Shown: in pieces, positions 1 through 12,329 of the stretch | Layout of the letters: the number at the start of each line of letters is the position of its first letter | How positions within the stretch are numbered: the stretch's first letter is position 1 | NCBI RefSeq assembly: GCF_018977255.1 | Contig: NW_024704742.1 | Span: 71,054,001-71,118,000, forward strand | Source: Callorhinchus milii | Lineage: Eukaryota | Length of the DNA: 64,000 bases | Direction of reading: 5' to 3' | The notes under the pieces: generated by a model | The model's database searches: none | The model's input: the letters and a program-made list of their open reading frames with translations, nothing else | What the model was told of the DNA's origin: nothing | Program-made: the position numbers and the translations under genes

Positions 1-844
1 GCAGAAAGCGATCCACCAAACAACTAACACTGTAACTTGCCTAAGGTTTCGCCCTGCCTGGGAATCGAACTCTGGTCCTCTCGCTTGTGAGGCAAGTGCT
101 CTATCCACAAGGCAGTAAAGGCAGAATGAATTAAAAAGAAGATAAGTGTTTGAGAAGTGAGTTTAAGGGATGTGAGAAAAAGCAGGGAAATAGGATTAAA
201 AGATCTGCCACGATCTAATAAATTGGTGGAACAGGTTTACGGGCTGAATGGCTTCCTCCTGTTTCTTTGTTGACAAAGAAGCAGCCAAGTATGAGGGATT
301 AGTAAGAGTAGGGGGTAAGGGAATACTCCGCACCAAATCTCATCAGCAATATCGGGTTAACACTTCCATAGGAAGTAATGGGAATTGATGTGAGCTGTGT
401 TGTATGTATGGAATCCTATAACCTGGTTCTGCCTGGCATCCTGTTGGAGATTTGCTGCTGGTAAGAAGTGCTTCATGCAGGCGAAAGTTTTTTTTTTTGC
501 AGCAGAAAAAAAAACAATTGGAGGGTCACCGCGGTCTGATCGCGAGGACGTGCTTGGAGTTTGTCTCAGAGAATTTGTGTTATAACCGCTTGTTTGCACG
601 GAAGCATATTCAGAACGGGATCACTCAATCCACGTCTGTTTGTGGGACACTGCTGTGCGCAACTGGTTGCCATGTTTCGCCCACAAAATCTAGTCAATTC
701 ACTGTACAATATATTCTGTGAAGCGCTTTGAGACGTCTTGACAACATGAGAAGGCGCTGTATCAAATATAAGGATTATTTTTAGATTATCCATTTGACGC
801 AACTTCCGTGATCTTCAAGTGGAGATCTGAAGTGGAAACTGTGT

Positions 845-1270
845 GTCAGCCGGCCTTAGTTGGTCGTACTCTTGCCTCTAAGTCAAAAGGTTGGACTTTC
901 AATCTCCAGAGCTTAGAACTTGTATAATCTAGGCTGACACTCCAATACAATCCTTGGCGTTGCTTTGCATTGTTGGATGAGACGTTAAACTGGGGTCCAA
1001 GTGCTTGTTCAGGTGGGCTTCAAAGATCTCATTGCACTATTTGAATAAAGAAGGGAGTTTCTCTCTCCCAGGGTCCTGGATAACAATCCCCCGAATAAAA
1101 TTGGTCACCCACTCCGTGGCTGTTTGTGGAACATTGCTGTGCGCAAGTTGGCTTCCATGTCCAGAGGCAGAGTTTGTGGTCACTACACTTTGCAGTGTAT
1201 TCTGTGAAGCACTTTGAGACATCCTCCCAACGTGAAGGGTTCTCTGTCAAATGCAAGACGTACTGTTATA
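845..1270 (+). mobile_element. SacSINE1-like DeuSINE (tRNA head, Deu domain, L2-type tail)
   Basis: GGATGAGACGTTAAAC...CAGGTGG...AAAGATC and GCTGTTTGTGGAACATTGCTGTGCGCAAGTTGGCT Deu-like core; tail AAGCACTTTGAGAC...AAATGCAAG. Confidence 0.75.
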
Positions 1271-1428
1271 CTTGCATTATTGGAGGTACTATCCTTCGGG
1301 GTGAGATATGCTCCCAAGATTCCTTTTAACCTGCAAACCAAAGCTTTAATGGGTCTGGTGGTCCTAGCTGGACAACTAGTGGGAAAGCTTGCCATACAGC
1401 ACTCTCAATGGCAAGCTATGTGGTTTTA

Positions 1429-1743
1429 ATAATAATAATAATCCTTGCATTTGATATAGCGCTTTTCACGTCGGGAGGACGTCCCAAAGCGCTTCACAGA
1501 ATATACTGTAAAGTGAATTGACTGTATATTTGTGGGCGAACGCGGCAGCCAATTGCGCACAGCAATGTCCCACAAACAGTCGTAGATTGAAAATGACCAA
1601 TTAATTATTGTTTTGGTTTTGGAGGGATTATTATCAGGTGTGTGGAGTAAGGAAACTTGCCCAAGGTTTCGCCCTGCCTGGAATTGAACTCAGGTCTCTC
1701 GCTTGCAAAGCGAGTGCTCTAACCACTGAGCTACAGGACTCCA
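1429..1743 (-). mobile_element. tRNA-derived SINE, internally deleted young subfamily
   Basis: Pol III A box (TAGCTCAGTGG), B-box-like GAGTTCAATTCC, (ATT)n tail, flanking GTTTTA duplication. Confidence 0.85.
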
Positions 1744-2330
1744 CGTTTTAGATGGTTAGACTCCAGCAGTGACCCCAACGTACACTCTGGGGTCCTCCAA
1801 TTCTTGGCTCTGGGCAATCTGCACCTAATACTGTCCAGAATTGGATAAGCAGGGTGCGTCCCGCCAGGGTGAGAGTGCGCATTCCATTCCTAACACCAGG
1901 AAATTATATTAATAATCTTTGGATTTCATATAGCGCCTCAAAGCGCTTCACAGAATATATTGTAAAGTAGATTGATTGTGTATTTTGGGTGAAATGGGCC
2001 AGCCAATTTCACAACAGTCATGGATTGTGTGAATTTTTCTTGCTTTAATAATTTCCACGTGTAGGTGGTAAACGTGTGAAATTCTGGTTTACTCTAAATT
2101 ACGGGGATGAGTTTCCATGTGTGTCAGACACTCAGCTGACCAATAAACCAGTTCGCCTCATGGCTGTTTGCGGCACGTTGCTGTGTGCAGAATACCTGCT
2201 GTGTTTGGCTAACAATAAACATTACCACCCTTGATAGCGATTGCTTGCACAACACCAGGCGTAATTTTAACGTCATAGGCACAATGTCAAACGCAAGAGT
2301 TATTGTTAATATTCTCCCTCTGCCTTGCAG

Positions 2331-2370
2331 TTCCTCGCTTGGGAAAGAGAAAGGGAAGCTACTCCTACAG
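2331..2370 (+). CDS. pcgf1: pcgf1 internal coding exon (40 nt), (S)SSLGKEKGKLLLQ; upstream exons lie outside the window
   Basis: Acceptor ctccctctgccttgcag| and donor |gtgagg. The peptide resembles the human PCGF1 segment SSGKDKNKSVLQ and ends in phase 0, in frame with the next exon. Confidence 0.88.
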
Positions 2371-3399
2371 GTGAGGATTTTTGCCCATTGATTGAGATAC
2401 AGAGTTGCAAGAGTGTGTGGGGTGGGGGTGGAATTGGGGGAATTGAAAGGGGAAAGTAACAAGCTGTTTGTGTGCAGGACAGGGACACTGGCTGTGACCA
2501 CACTGCAGGAATTCCAATGACAGCCCAAGACTGCAAGCCACCCACACGTCAACTCGGGGGTGGCCTCTCTTCCCCAGGGTCCAGGGTGTGCCAGCTCTTA
2601 AATTCCCAGTCCAAGATGGCCCTCCCAATGCAGTGCCTTAATCCCCTTTTTGTGACAATCTTAAACTTGTGCCTTTTGTGACCGACTGACTGACTGACTA
2701 AGCAGTGGGAATAACCCATCAATATTTCAGCTCCTCATGACGCTATGTATCAGATCTCCAAAACAGTTTTCTTCACAGAGGGTTGTCTGAACGTGGAACA
2801 CACAGACCCCAGGGGTTGTAGAGGCCGAATTGATTGAGATGTTTAAAAGATGGAAGGATTCTTGAGAAATAATATATAATAATCCTTGCATTTGAAATGG
2901 CATATGTATATAATATATATTTCAAATATGGGGTAAGCGATCTTGGATGCTACCCTGCGTGAAGGGCGCTATATAAATGCAAGTTGTTGTTGTTGATAAT
3001 GGGGGAGGGGTGGCAGAAAAATGGGATTAAAAGGTTTGCTGTGATCCTAATAAACGGGTGGAACAGGCTCTATGGGCTGAATGGCCTCTTCCTGTTCCAC
3101 CTCCTTCCCCCTGTTAACCTTCTCAGCTCCACAGGGTGGTGGGGGAAGCAAATGTCAAGCCTTAGTCAAATCAAACATGATCTTTCATGTCAAAGTGCTT
3201 CACACAGCTTGATAGGGAGCCCAAAGTTAGCCTTAGATAGATCTTGTTGAGGCGGGCTTTAAAGGTGAGGAGGAAGAGGCAGAGAGCCTCCAAGATGGAA
3301 ATCTAGATGGGGGAGGGGAGCAGAATGGCCGAAAGCTTGGTGAAGTGGATAGGATATGGGGCTGTGAAGCAGGCTAAGTGGAGGGAGTAAGTGCTTACT

Positions 3400-3840
3400 T
3401 TCTCCTGGCTCCACATCCCTCAGTTCAAATTTCTCGTCCATGCTTTCAAAGCCTTCCATGGTCTTGCTCCTCCCTACCTCTGTGACCTGCTAACCCCATA
3501 ATGACCTCAGCTCAGTGGGTTCTGGCTTGCTCCATGTCCTCCGCCTGCCCTGCCTGCTCCATCATCAGTAATCAGACCTTCAGCCTCTCTGCCTCCACCC
3601 TCTGGAGCTCAATCCCGCGTTCCCTTCGCCTCGCTCGCTCCCTTGCATCCTTCAAGGCCTGTCTCAAGACCCTCCTCTTCGTTCGTGCCTTCAGTCACTC
3701 ACCTACTCCCATCCTCCCTCGCCTCCACCCCTCCTGATCTCAACCCCCTGCTCGGGTCCAAATCCTTGACTGTCCAATGCCTTGGGGCATCCTCCCCATG
3801 TGAAAGCTGATATACAAATGTAATAATTTGTTGCTGTTAC
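3400..3840 (+). mobile_element. L2-clade LINE 3' fragment
   Basis: Encodes a degenerate L2 ORF2 C-terminus (TLWSSIP...LASFKACLKTLLF) followed by the L2 tail. Confidence 0.7.
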
Positions 3841-4389
3841 TGTGCTGAGTGGCTGTGCTGGTGCTCTTCTTTGCGTTAGTCACAGATCCCAGCTCATTGT
3901 TTGGTGGGGGTGGGGGTGAGGGGAGAGTGCGGGAGCTGTTAGTTGAATCATTGTAGTGACCAAATTCTCCAGTAAATTCTAAAACATATTTAACTCGAAA
4001 TAGATACAAGCCGAGCGGTTAATGCAGGGCTCCGGGGTCAGGAATCATTTCACGTCCACGTACGCCAACAGATGGGTTTTATTGATTTATTTTCTTTCAT
4101 TCCTATTCCCCTCTGTGATCTCAGATCATTGGGAGTAAATTCAATTATTTCCACGCCTGTCAAGCTTTCTCCCCTCACCAACCCCCACCCCCACCCAAGT
4201 GGGAGAGCGTGCAGTAAATAACACTGTGGGATTAGCCGGGAGTCATGCACTGTGTGGAATGCCGATGTCTCAATCACTGCAGAAACTCTGATGCCTTAAC
4301 CCAAAACCTTCCTTCATGTGGGAGGATGACAGTCTCGCCACCCCCAAAAAAATTTTAAAGGGAGAAATGAATAAAAATCCTCTCCTTTG

Positions 4390-4880
4390 ATAATATCAAA
4401 TTGTCTCTCAGCACTTCACAAGCACTCGTTGTCAAATGCGGTGATTTTATTTTGTTAGGCACCGCAGCAGCTGTTTTTCACACAGCAACATCCCATAAAT
4501 AGAGAGAAGTGAACAGAGAGATGTGAGTTACTCCCGGTGTAACGGCATGTTGTGAGTTACTCTGGCCAGAATCTGGTGGGTTGTCAGCCAGGACACTGGG
4601 AGGAACTCCCTTCTCTCTCCCATTGGTCATGATGGAAGTCTTTAACATCCACCTGACCAGATACCGACGGGGATAACCTCAATTTATCATGTTATCAGAA
4701 GGACATCTCAGACGATGCAGCGCTCTTTCACCTCTCTTTCCTCTCCACCCTCCCCCCCCCCCCCCCCCCACTGCACAACACTGGAGTGACAGCTTAGACT
4801 GTGAAGCTTAAGCCCCCGATGTGGGGGCTTCATGACCCGGAGGCTAGAGTTCTATTGACTGGGTGAAGTTGACACCATGA
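4390..4880 (-). mobile_element. SacSINE1-like DeuSINE, degraded
   Basis: Reverse-complement similarity to the 845-1270 copy. Confidence 0.6.
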
Positions 4881-5082
4881 GCCATGGGAGATCACCACTA
4901 CATGTTTAATTGTATCGACTTAAATTTGCTGTTTGTGCTTTTTGACAGGTTTCAAAGCCTGGCTTGCTTCTCAAGAGAGTGTGTGTGTGTGGGGTGGGTG
5001 GTGAGGGGCGAGAAGGGGGAAGGAGGCTGTGTGTGTATGTGTGTGAACGTGTGCGTGAACTAACTGGCTATAGGTGTTGTGT

Positions 5083-5449
5083 TGAGTCCAGCAGTGTAGT
5101 GGTTAGCGCATTCGGCTCGCAAGCGAGAATGCCAGGGTTTGATTCCCGGGCGGGGTGAAACCTTAGGCAAGTTTCCTTACTCCACACGCCTCTGTTCACC
5201 TAGCAGCAAGAAGAAACCTGGTTGTTAGTCGATTGGTGGATTGCTTTTCTGGGGGTAATAATCCCTTTTTTTTAAAAAAAGTGATCACTCAATCCTCAAC
5301 TGTCCACGGGATACTGCTGTGTGCAGTTGGCTGCAGTATTTCGCCCACAAGATTGACAGTACTCTTTACAAGGTATCTCTGTGAAGCGCTTTGAGATGTC
5401 TCAACGATGTGATAAGGAGCTATATCAAATGTAAGGATTATTATTATTA
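5083..5449 (+). mobile_element. full-length tRNA(Val/Ala-like)-headed SINE
   Basis: Head GTGTAGTGGTTAGCGCATTCGG...GGTTTGATTCCCGGGCGGGG, Deu-like 3' core, GGATTATTATT tail. Confidence 0.85.
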
Positions 5450-5499
5450 GAGCTGATTTAACTTGGCTGAACGGTTTTTATATGATTCAATCCCCACAG

Positions 5500-5589
5500 C
5501 AGAAATACGTGCGGTGTTCAGTGCGAGCGGAGATCAGGCACCTGAGGAGGGTTTTGTGCCACAGAATAAATCTCGTGGATCAGCAGCAG
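5500..5589 (+). CDS. pcgf1: pcgf1 coding exon (90 nt), QKYVRCSVRAEIRHLRRVLCHRINLVDQQQ, RAWUL domain
   Basis: Splice sites tccccacag| and |gtaacg. Near-identical to human PCGF1 NKYVRCSVRAEVRHLRRVLCHRL. Confidence 0.96.
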
Positions 5590-5708
5590 GTAACGAGGCC
5601 TGTGTCCTCATGTTCATTTCCGAGGACCTGACCTTCAAGGTCACGTCGGGTTTAGCTGGGGGAGTGGGGGATTATTTCCACTGGTTGATGGGTCAGTCAC
5701 CAGGGGCC

Positions 5709-5956
5709 AGTTACCCCAACACACACTCTGGGGTCCTCAAGCCTTGGCTCTTGTCAACCTGTGCCTAATACTCTCTGGAATTAGGTAAACAGGATGTGTC
5801 CCTCCAGGGAGAGAGAGCACATTCCATTCCAACAATTTACCTCTGGGCTTTCCACGTGTAGGTGGGTTACATGGAAATGTCAGTTTGGTTTAGAGACTCT
5901 TAAGCATCGTGATGGGTTTCCACATGTGTCAGACACCCGGCTGAGTAAAAAAAAAA
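5709..5956 (+). mobile_element. unnamed A-tailed interspersed repeat (family X) copy
   Basis: Aligns by eye with copies at 16153, 17636, 22402 and 48340; ends CAGACACCCGGCTGA followed by an A run. Confidence 0.75.
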
Positions 5957-6089
5957 TCAGACACCAGGGAGCACAAATTCAAGACCATCATAAAATGAAA
6001 TTAAAGGGGACGTTATAAAGCAATATCTTTATACAGCGGGTGCTGGGAATGTGGAATTCTCTGCCACAAACCTTGGTTTACAAAGACTA

Positions 6090-6600
6090 CAGCGTGGAAA
6101 CAGGCCACTCGGGCCAACCAGTCTGTGCGGTGTTTATACTCCACACAAGTCTTCACCCATTTCTTGCTCCCTCTCACATGCTCTACTCCCCACTCCCTCA
6201 AAGTCTAGCTTCCTCTTGAATGCATCTACACTCTCTGATTCAGCCATCACTTCAGGCAGCAAGTTCCACAATCTCACTACCCTCTGGGTGAAATAGGTTT
6301 CTCCTAAATTCTTTGAGATCCCATCATTGCTGTCTTATATTTGTTATTTGTGTCCCCTGGTGACAGACTCCCCAACCAGTGGAAACAACTGATTTGTGTT
6401 TACCCTTTTGTAATTTTAAACAGTTCTATTAGGTTCCCCCCTAAAACATCTCTTCTCCAGTGAAAAAAGGCTTAACCTATCCAGTCTATCCTGATAGCTG
6501 TAACCTGCCAGCCCTGGTGTCATCCTCCTAGCTGTACACTTTCCATCGCTGCTATATCCTTCTTATTGTGTGGAGACCAGAATTGGACACAACACTCTGA
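6090..6600 (-). mobile_element. CR1 LINE 3' fragment
   Basis: Typical CR1 motifs in reverse orientation (GGAGACCAGAATTGGACACA, GTTCCACAATCTCACTACCCTCTGGGTGAAA). Confidence 0.7.
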
Positions 6601-6736
6601 ATAGATGGAGTCTGTCAGCTATTTTAAAAATAATTAGATTAGGGGTTGGGATGGGGAGCGGGTGAGTGGGATTAGATTGGGAGAAACATGGTTGTTGGAC
6701 TGAATGACCCATTTCTGTGCCATAACATATATGAAG

Positions 6737-7112
6737 TGAGTTCTACAGGGTAGTGATTAGAGCACTCGTCTCACAAGCGAAAGGACTCAGGGTTGATTCC
6801 CGGGCAGGGCGAAACCTTAGGCAATTTCCTTACTCCACACGCCTCTGATTGCCAAGCAGTAAGCAGGAACCCAGTTCATAGTCGATTAGTGGATCGCTTT
6901 CCGGGGGTAATAATCCGTCCAAAAAAAATAATAATAATAATTTGGTCACTCAATCCATGACTTTATGGGACTGTGCTGTGTGCAATAATTGGCAGCTGCG
7001 TATCATCCACAAAATAAACAGTCAATCCTTTTTACAGTATATACTGTGAAGTGCTTTGCGACGTCTCAACAATGCGATAATGTGTTATATCAAATTCAAG
7101 TATGATTATTAT
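6737..7112 (+). mobile_element. tRNA-headed SINE, full length
   Basis: Same head, body and tail as 5083-5449. Confidence 0.8.
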
Positions 7113-7160
7113 GATTAACACAGCTCCTCTCTCTCTCTCTCTCTCTCTCTCTGTCACCAG

Positions 7161-7241
7161 CTACAGATAATGTTCGACAATGAGCTGTTGCCAGAACACA
7201 TGACTATGAAGCAGCTGTGGTTGTCCCGCTGGTTCGACAAG
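7161..7241 (+). CDS. pcgf1: pcgf1 coding exon (81 nt), LQIMFDNELLPEHMTMKQLWLSRWFDK
   Basis: (CT)n tract plus gtcaccag| acceptor and |gtgagt donor. Matches PCGF1 VQLLFDNEVLPDHMTMKQIWLSRWFGK. Confidence 0.96.
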
Positions 7242-7750
7242 GTGAGTGCTTCTGCCCGCGGCTTGGTCTCCAACCCCATCAGTGAGCACAGAGAGAGGGA
7301 GAGAATGGCGAGGGGGCAGATATGAGAATTGTCTGCAGGCCATATGAGCAATATTTTATCCTGATGGGTCAGTCTCATTGCTGGATGGAGCCTGAGCCCA
7401 CGGTGACCATCTCCTGATTGGCTCAGGGCCCGGTGGCTCCTGTATTTGCTCATCAGACAGTGAAGCTGGAACTGGTTCATGGGACGGATGCTGCCCATGG
7501 GCCGCCAGTTGAACCACTCCGGCCTGTATAGGAGGTGAACTGACAACCTTCTGAATGAGAGTGCAAATGACTGAGCCAGACTGGCACCTAGCTCACAGTC
7601 TTAGGTGATTACTGTCCAGAGCACCACAGCTCTTGAGCACGTCCTGGGATCAAAAACCCAGCCATACTCCCACCCCTACACCCTCTAGCCTTCAACCTTC
7701 TTGATTCCAACCCCCATCTCAGGTGCAAACCATAGATGTCCAGCGTCTTG

Positions 7751-8010
7751 GGAGACCTGTAGCATATTGGTTAGAGCACTCGCCTATCAAGCGAGAGGAC
7801 CCGGGTTGGATTCCTGGGCGGGGCGAAATGTTAGGGAAGTTATAATCCCTTTCTAAAAAAAAAAAAAAAAATTTGGTCACTCAATCCACGACAGTTTGGC
7901 TGCTGCGTTTTGCCCACAAAATATACACTGTACAATATATTCTGTGAAGTGCTTTGAGACGTCTCAAAGATGTGATAAGATGCCATGTTAAATGCAATTA
8001 TTATTATGAT
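7751..8010 (+). mobile_element. tRNA-headed SINE with internal deletions
   Basis: Head GGAGACCTGTAGCATATTGGTTAGAGCACTCG and the family tail. Confidence 0.75.
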
Positions 8011-8499
8011 GAGTTGCTGTTGAAACCTGGCTAGTTAGTAACACGTGAGCTGCCACTGGGGGTGGGGGGAGCAATTCAGCAGCTCTGCCTGACTGCAAGT
8101 GGGATGTCTAAGTGCCCGTCATTCTATTTTTCTTTTATAAAAAATAGACTTGTCACGCACTGAAAGCTCTTGGTGTTAAAGTGCATTTAGTGATTTTTTG
8201 TGGATTTTGGCTGGGTCCTAAACCAAACCTTGGAGCGTGAAGCTCAGTTATTGAATTATCTGGTTACAGGATGTGTTAGAGAGAGCTGTACATGCCGCTG
8301 ATGGATAGTGGCAGAAAGGATTTCTTGTTTTCGCATCGCCGGTGTCTGCCTGGCGTTCCCACGGAGCGCGCTGTCAGCACCAAACCCCTACTGCCCGTCT
8401 GTCGGATGAATGAACTTTGCATTTTTATAGTGTACAGTCATGCCACAGCGTCCCTCAGTAATTACATCCAGTTACACTGACTGTGCAGCACGCAAACCA

Positions 8500-9265
8500 G
8501 TCTCACAAGATCCTCACACTCCTCTTCAAATCCCTTCAAGCCATGGCACCTCCCTACATCTCTGATCAGTATACTCCCCAGCCCACTACCGTTGCCTCCA
8601 CTCAACAGGCTCAGATTTCCACCATAAGCAGCCGCATTTTCAGCCACTACGCCCCGAAACTCTGGAACTCTCTTCCTTAATCCCTATGTCTTGCCCCCAT
8701 CTTCACATCACTCCTGAAGACCTTCCTTGTATGGTCAGCTTCCCCCACCCCATGGCTCAGGTACCGCCACTATCAAGTGCTCTGAGACGTTGCCCTGCAT
8801 GAGGGGCGCTATATAAATGCAAGTTGATATTGTTGTTGTTGACCCATTCAGCACAACTGCATTTGGACTTTCAGCTCATAGTCCAGGCTGACGCTCCAGT
8901 GCAGTACTGTGGTAGGTGGGGGAGCACTACATTGTTGGAGGTGCCATCTTTCGGATGTAATGTTAAACCGAGCTCCCGTCTGTGCCCTGTTCAGGTGGAT
9001 ATTAAAGATCCCGCAGCTCTATTTGAAAAGGAAGTTTCTCTTCATCAATCCTCAGATAAAATGGGTCATGCAATTCATGGCTGATGTGGATCATTGCTGA
9101 GCGCAAATTGGCTGCTGCATTACTCACATAATAGTCACGATACAATAGATCCTATGAAGCGCTTTGAAACTTCTCACTGACATTATAACTTACATTCATG
9201 TTGTGCCCTTCATGTGCATGATGTGGTGTCTTGTAAGGTGCTATTTATCAAATGCAAAGATTATA
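8500..9265 (+). mobile_element. L2 3' fragment followed by SacSINE1-like DeuSINE
   Basis: KILTLLFKSLQAMAPPY...APKLWNSLP peptide and L2 tail, then GGAGGTGCCATCTTTCGGATG...Deu core. Confidence 0.65.
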
Positions 9266-10391
9266 AACAGATGGCAGTGTTTATACTCTATGCAAGCCTC
9301 TTAATCCTCTAGATTGCTTTCTCTATATTTCACTTTTCTATACTTTTTAAGTCTTTGTACACACCAAGCTGCCAAAAACAGCCATAGGGTGATTCAGTGA
9401 TTTTATCCAGAGGATTGACAAACTGGACGCTAGGAGAGAGAAATTCCCTTCTCTTTCCCAATAGCGTTGCAGGATCCTTAATGAAATAATGATGGTTGCC
9501 CTTTGTAACCGAAGATGGCCCTTCACACAACGTGAACACCTGGGTAGCAAGCATTGTACTCTCGTGTCAATAAAGGAATATCTGAGAAAATCAGACCATT
9601 TGCTAACCACAATGACAGAAACAATTACCCCGGGAAAGCAATCTGCCAGTCAACTAATAACCGGGTCCCTACTTCCTGCTAGGTAAACAAAGACGTGTGG
9701 AGTGAGGAAACTTGCCTAAGGTTTCGTCCCGCCCAGGAGTTGAACCTTGATCCTCTCGCTTACGACTACACTAATCACTACACTGTGGGACTCCCTTTAA
9801 CAGATCCTTCATGTCCACCTGAACAGGCAGACCGCAGCTCAGTTTTAACGTGTTATCCGAAGGATGACGCTTTGGGCAATGCAGCACTCCCTTTCCCCCT
9901 CCTTAAAATTAAGGCACAGGTAGATAGGCTGGACTGTGAGGACACGGCTGGTGTGTGGCTTAAACAACCTTCTGGTGCAGATTTGGAAGAGCTGCCAACT
10001 CATATACTGTATCCCAAAATATTTTTTTAAATAAATCTTATCTCATTTGTTTTTGAATGAATTACATTTTCTTCTTCCACCGTTTCCCTAGGCAGCCTGT
10101 TCCATACATTTACTACTCCTCACTGAAGTAGTGTAGTGTTTCCGCAGATTTGTTTTGAATTTACCCCCCTTCAATCGCAGACCGTGTCCTCTGGTTCTAC
10201 TGTTCTGGAAACAGCTCACCATGATCTACATTATCTAGTCCCTTCAGAATCTTAAAAACACTATCATATTGCCCCTCATCTTTAACTCATACACTGTGTC
10301 CCAAAATATTGTATTTTCTAAAATAAATCTAATTTGAAGATGGGTTGATCCAACAAAAAGTTTTATTTAATATTTTTTCTTCTGCATGCAG

Positions 10392-10442
10392 CCTACACCG
10401 ATGGTTCTTCAGTACAGTGTGAAGGAGAAGCGGGGAAGGTGA
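10392..10442 (+). CDS. pcgf1: pcgf1 terminal coding exon, PTPMVLQYSVKEKRGR*
   Basis: Acceptor ttttttcttctgcatgcag| and TGA at 10440-10442. Matches the PCGF1 C-terminus PSPLLLQYSVKEKRR. Confidence 0.95.
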   Translation, partial: PTPMVLQYSVKEKRGR

Positions 10443-11186
10443 TCAGCAGTGGAGCGGAGCTGAGTTCGATGAGTGGGATGTTGGCTTGTGGAGAGGAGCG
10501 AAAGACAATATTTTTTGTGGGGTTGGTTGTGAGAATGGACTGTCCTCTGCCTGCAGGGCCCAGTGTCTTGCTTCATTGACCAGCCTGCAACATGCTTACT
10601 GCAGCAGACAGAGCTGTGCTCGTAATTCTTCCCCCCTCCCCATCTTGTCCGACCTTCGATTTCTCCCCCCTCCCCCGCACAACCATAAACTGCCGGGTTG
10701 GGGTCTGTGCCCGGGGCAGGTGTACGCAGTGCTCTAGTCTTGTGCCCGTATAGTGTCTTCAACACATTACTATTTACTGTGCTTTTTTTAAAAAAAATCT
10801 ATGTACACAACAACAATTGGTTAGAATCTGTATTTTAATTTTGGACAAAATCCCTACTTTCTGCACATTTTCCTTTTGCACTAAAGTTCGCCTGAATTCA
10901 CAAGGCCCCGTCCCAGGCTGAACCTTTCCTGTGACTGACCTGCGTCCTCTCTGCTGGTGATGGTTCTAATATAGTGTACAGTATTCTGTAATTACTATAA
11001 CTACTATAACAGCGCTCGTGAAAATCAACCCCCAACTTTTTTATTATTTCTTTTTTGCGGTTTTGTGACTGTTGCTTCGCGACCTTATGTGTTTTTTTTA
11101 AATAATTTGTTAATTTTATAATTAGGAAAACAATCTGATTTGGGGATTTTATTTTGTTGCTTTGTATATGATGTGAACAGTCATTG

Positions 11187-11192
11187 AATAAA
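11187..11192 (+). terminator. candidate pcgf1 polyadenylation signal AATAAA
   Basis: First AATAAA I saw after the stop, at the end of a repeat-free AT-rich 3' UTR-like stretch and followed by G/T-rich sequence. Confidence 0.45.
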
Positions 11193-11349
11193 TTGGGTGG
11201 TGGGTGGGGGGGGGTGTTCATAAGTGTTGTGCTCATCGTGGAGCTGGTGAAAATGAAATATATATAATATATATATATATAGGTGGGTTTCTTTCTCCCC
11301 CTCTTTCTGAGTGTCTGTGTCTTTCTCGTGTGCTCTCCCAATGCTGATG

Positions 11350-11697
11350 TGGAGTCCTTTAGCATAACAGTTAGAACACTCGCCTCGCAAGCGAGAGGAC
11401 CCAGGTTCGATTCCTGGGTGGGGTGAAACCTTAGGCAAGTTTCCTTACTCAACACTCCTAGTAGTGAGTAGGAACCCAGTTGTTAGTCAATTGGCAGGTC
11501 GCTTTCCGTGGGTAATTATCCATTAAAAATAATAATAATTTGGTCACAATAATTTGGGGGGAAATTCCCACAGTTTGTGGGACACTGTTTGTGGGACACT
11601 GCGGTGCGCAATTGGCTGTCGCGTATCGCCCACAATATACAACCAGTTCACAACACAATGACGTGATAACGGCTATATCAAATGCAGGATTATTATC
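11350..11697 (+). mobile_element. tRNA-headed SINE
   Basis: B box GGTTCGATTCC, family body and tail. Confidence 0.8.
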
Positions 11698-12329
11698 TTT
11701 TCATGTTTGAGCCTAATTCACAGAAGAACTTTAATTTTTATAGTGCTATACAGTATTTTGTAACATAACCTCTGACAAAGCAGCTCTCCCTCACTTCTGA
11801 GTGGGAGGGTCAGCCTAGCTCAGTGTTTGGAGGTGAGTGGTACCAGTGGTACCAGCTGAACCAGGCTGGCAGGAGGCTTTAAAAGCGGTTTTATCCCTCG
11901 TAAGATATGACCTGTCATAGCCAAACCATTCCCAGCTCTGCAGTACACTGTACTGTGGACATCTGCCAAGCAGCCAGGAGAGGGGAGATCAGAGCCTTTG
12001 CCAAGAACACAAACCAGGTGGGGTTAGGTTCAGACAGAGGTTGAAAAATTATTTTAGCCTCGCAAATGAATTTCAGCAACTTGCATTTTCACACTGCCTC
12101 TCGCAAAGGAAAATGTGATGAATCGCTGAATATGCTTTCAGCCACTATGGCCGGAACCTCTGGAACTCTCTCCTTCAATTCCTCTGCCTTGTCCCATCCT
12201 TCCCATCTTCATAATACGCATCAAGACCTTCCTCTTTGAAAGTGCTTACAGTCGCCTCACCCTCGCCTCCCGGCAGGTAAAACAACTAACGAGCAAGGAG
12301 GAGATAGTTCAGGGACAGAACAATTACAT

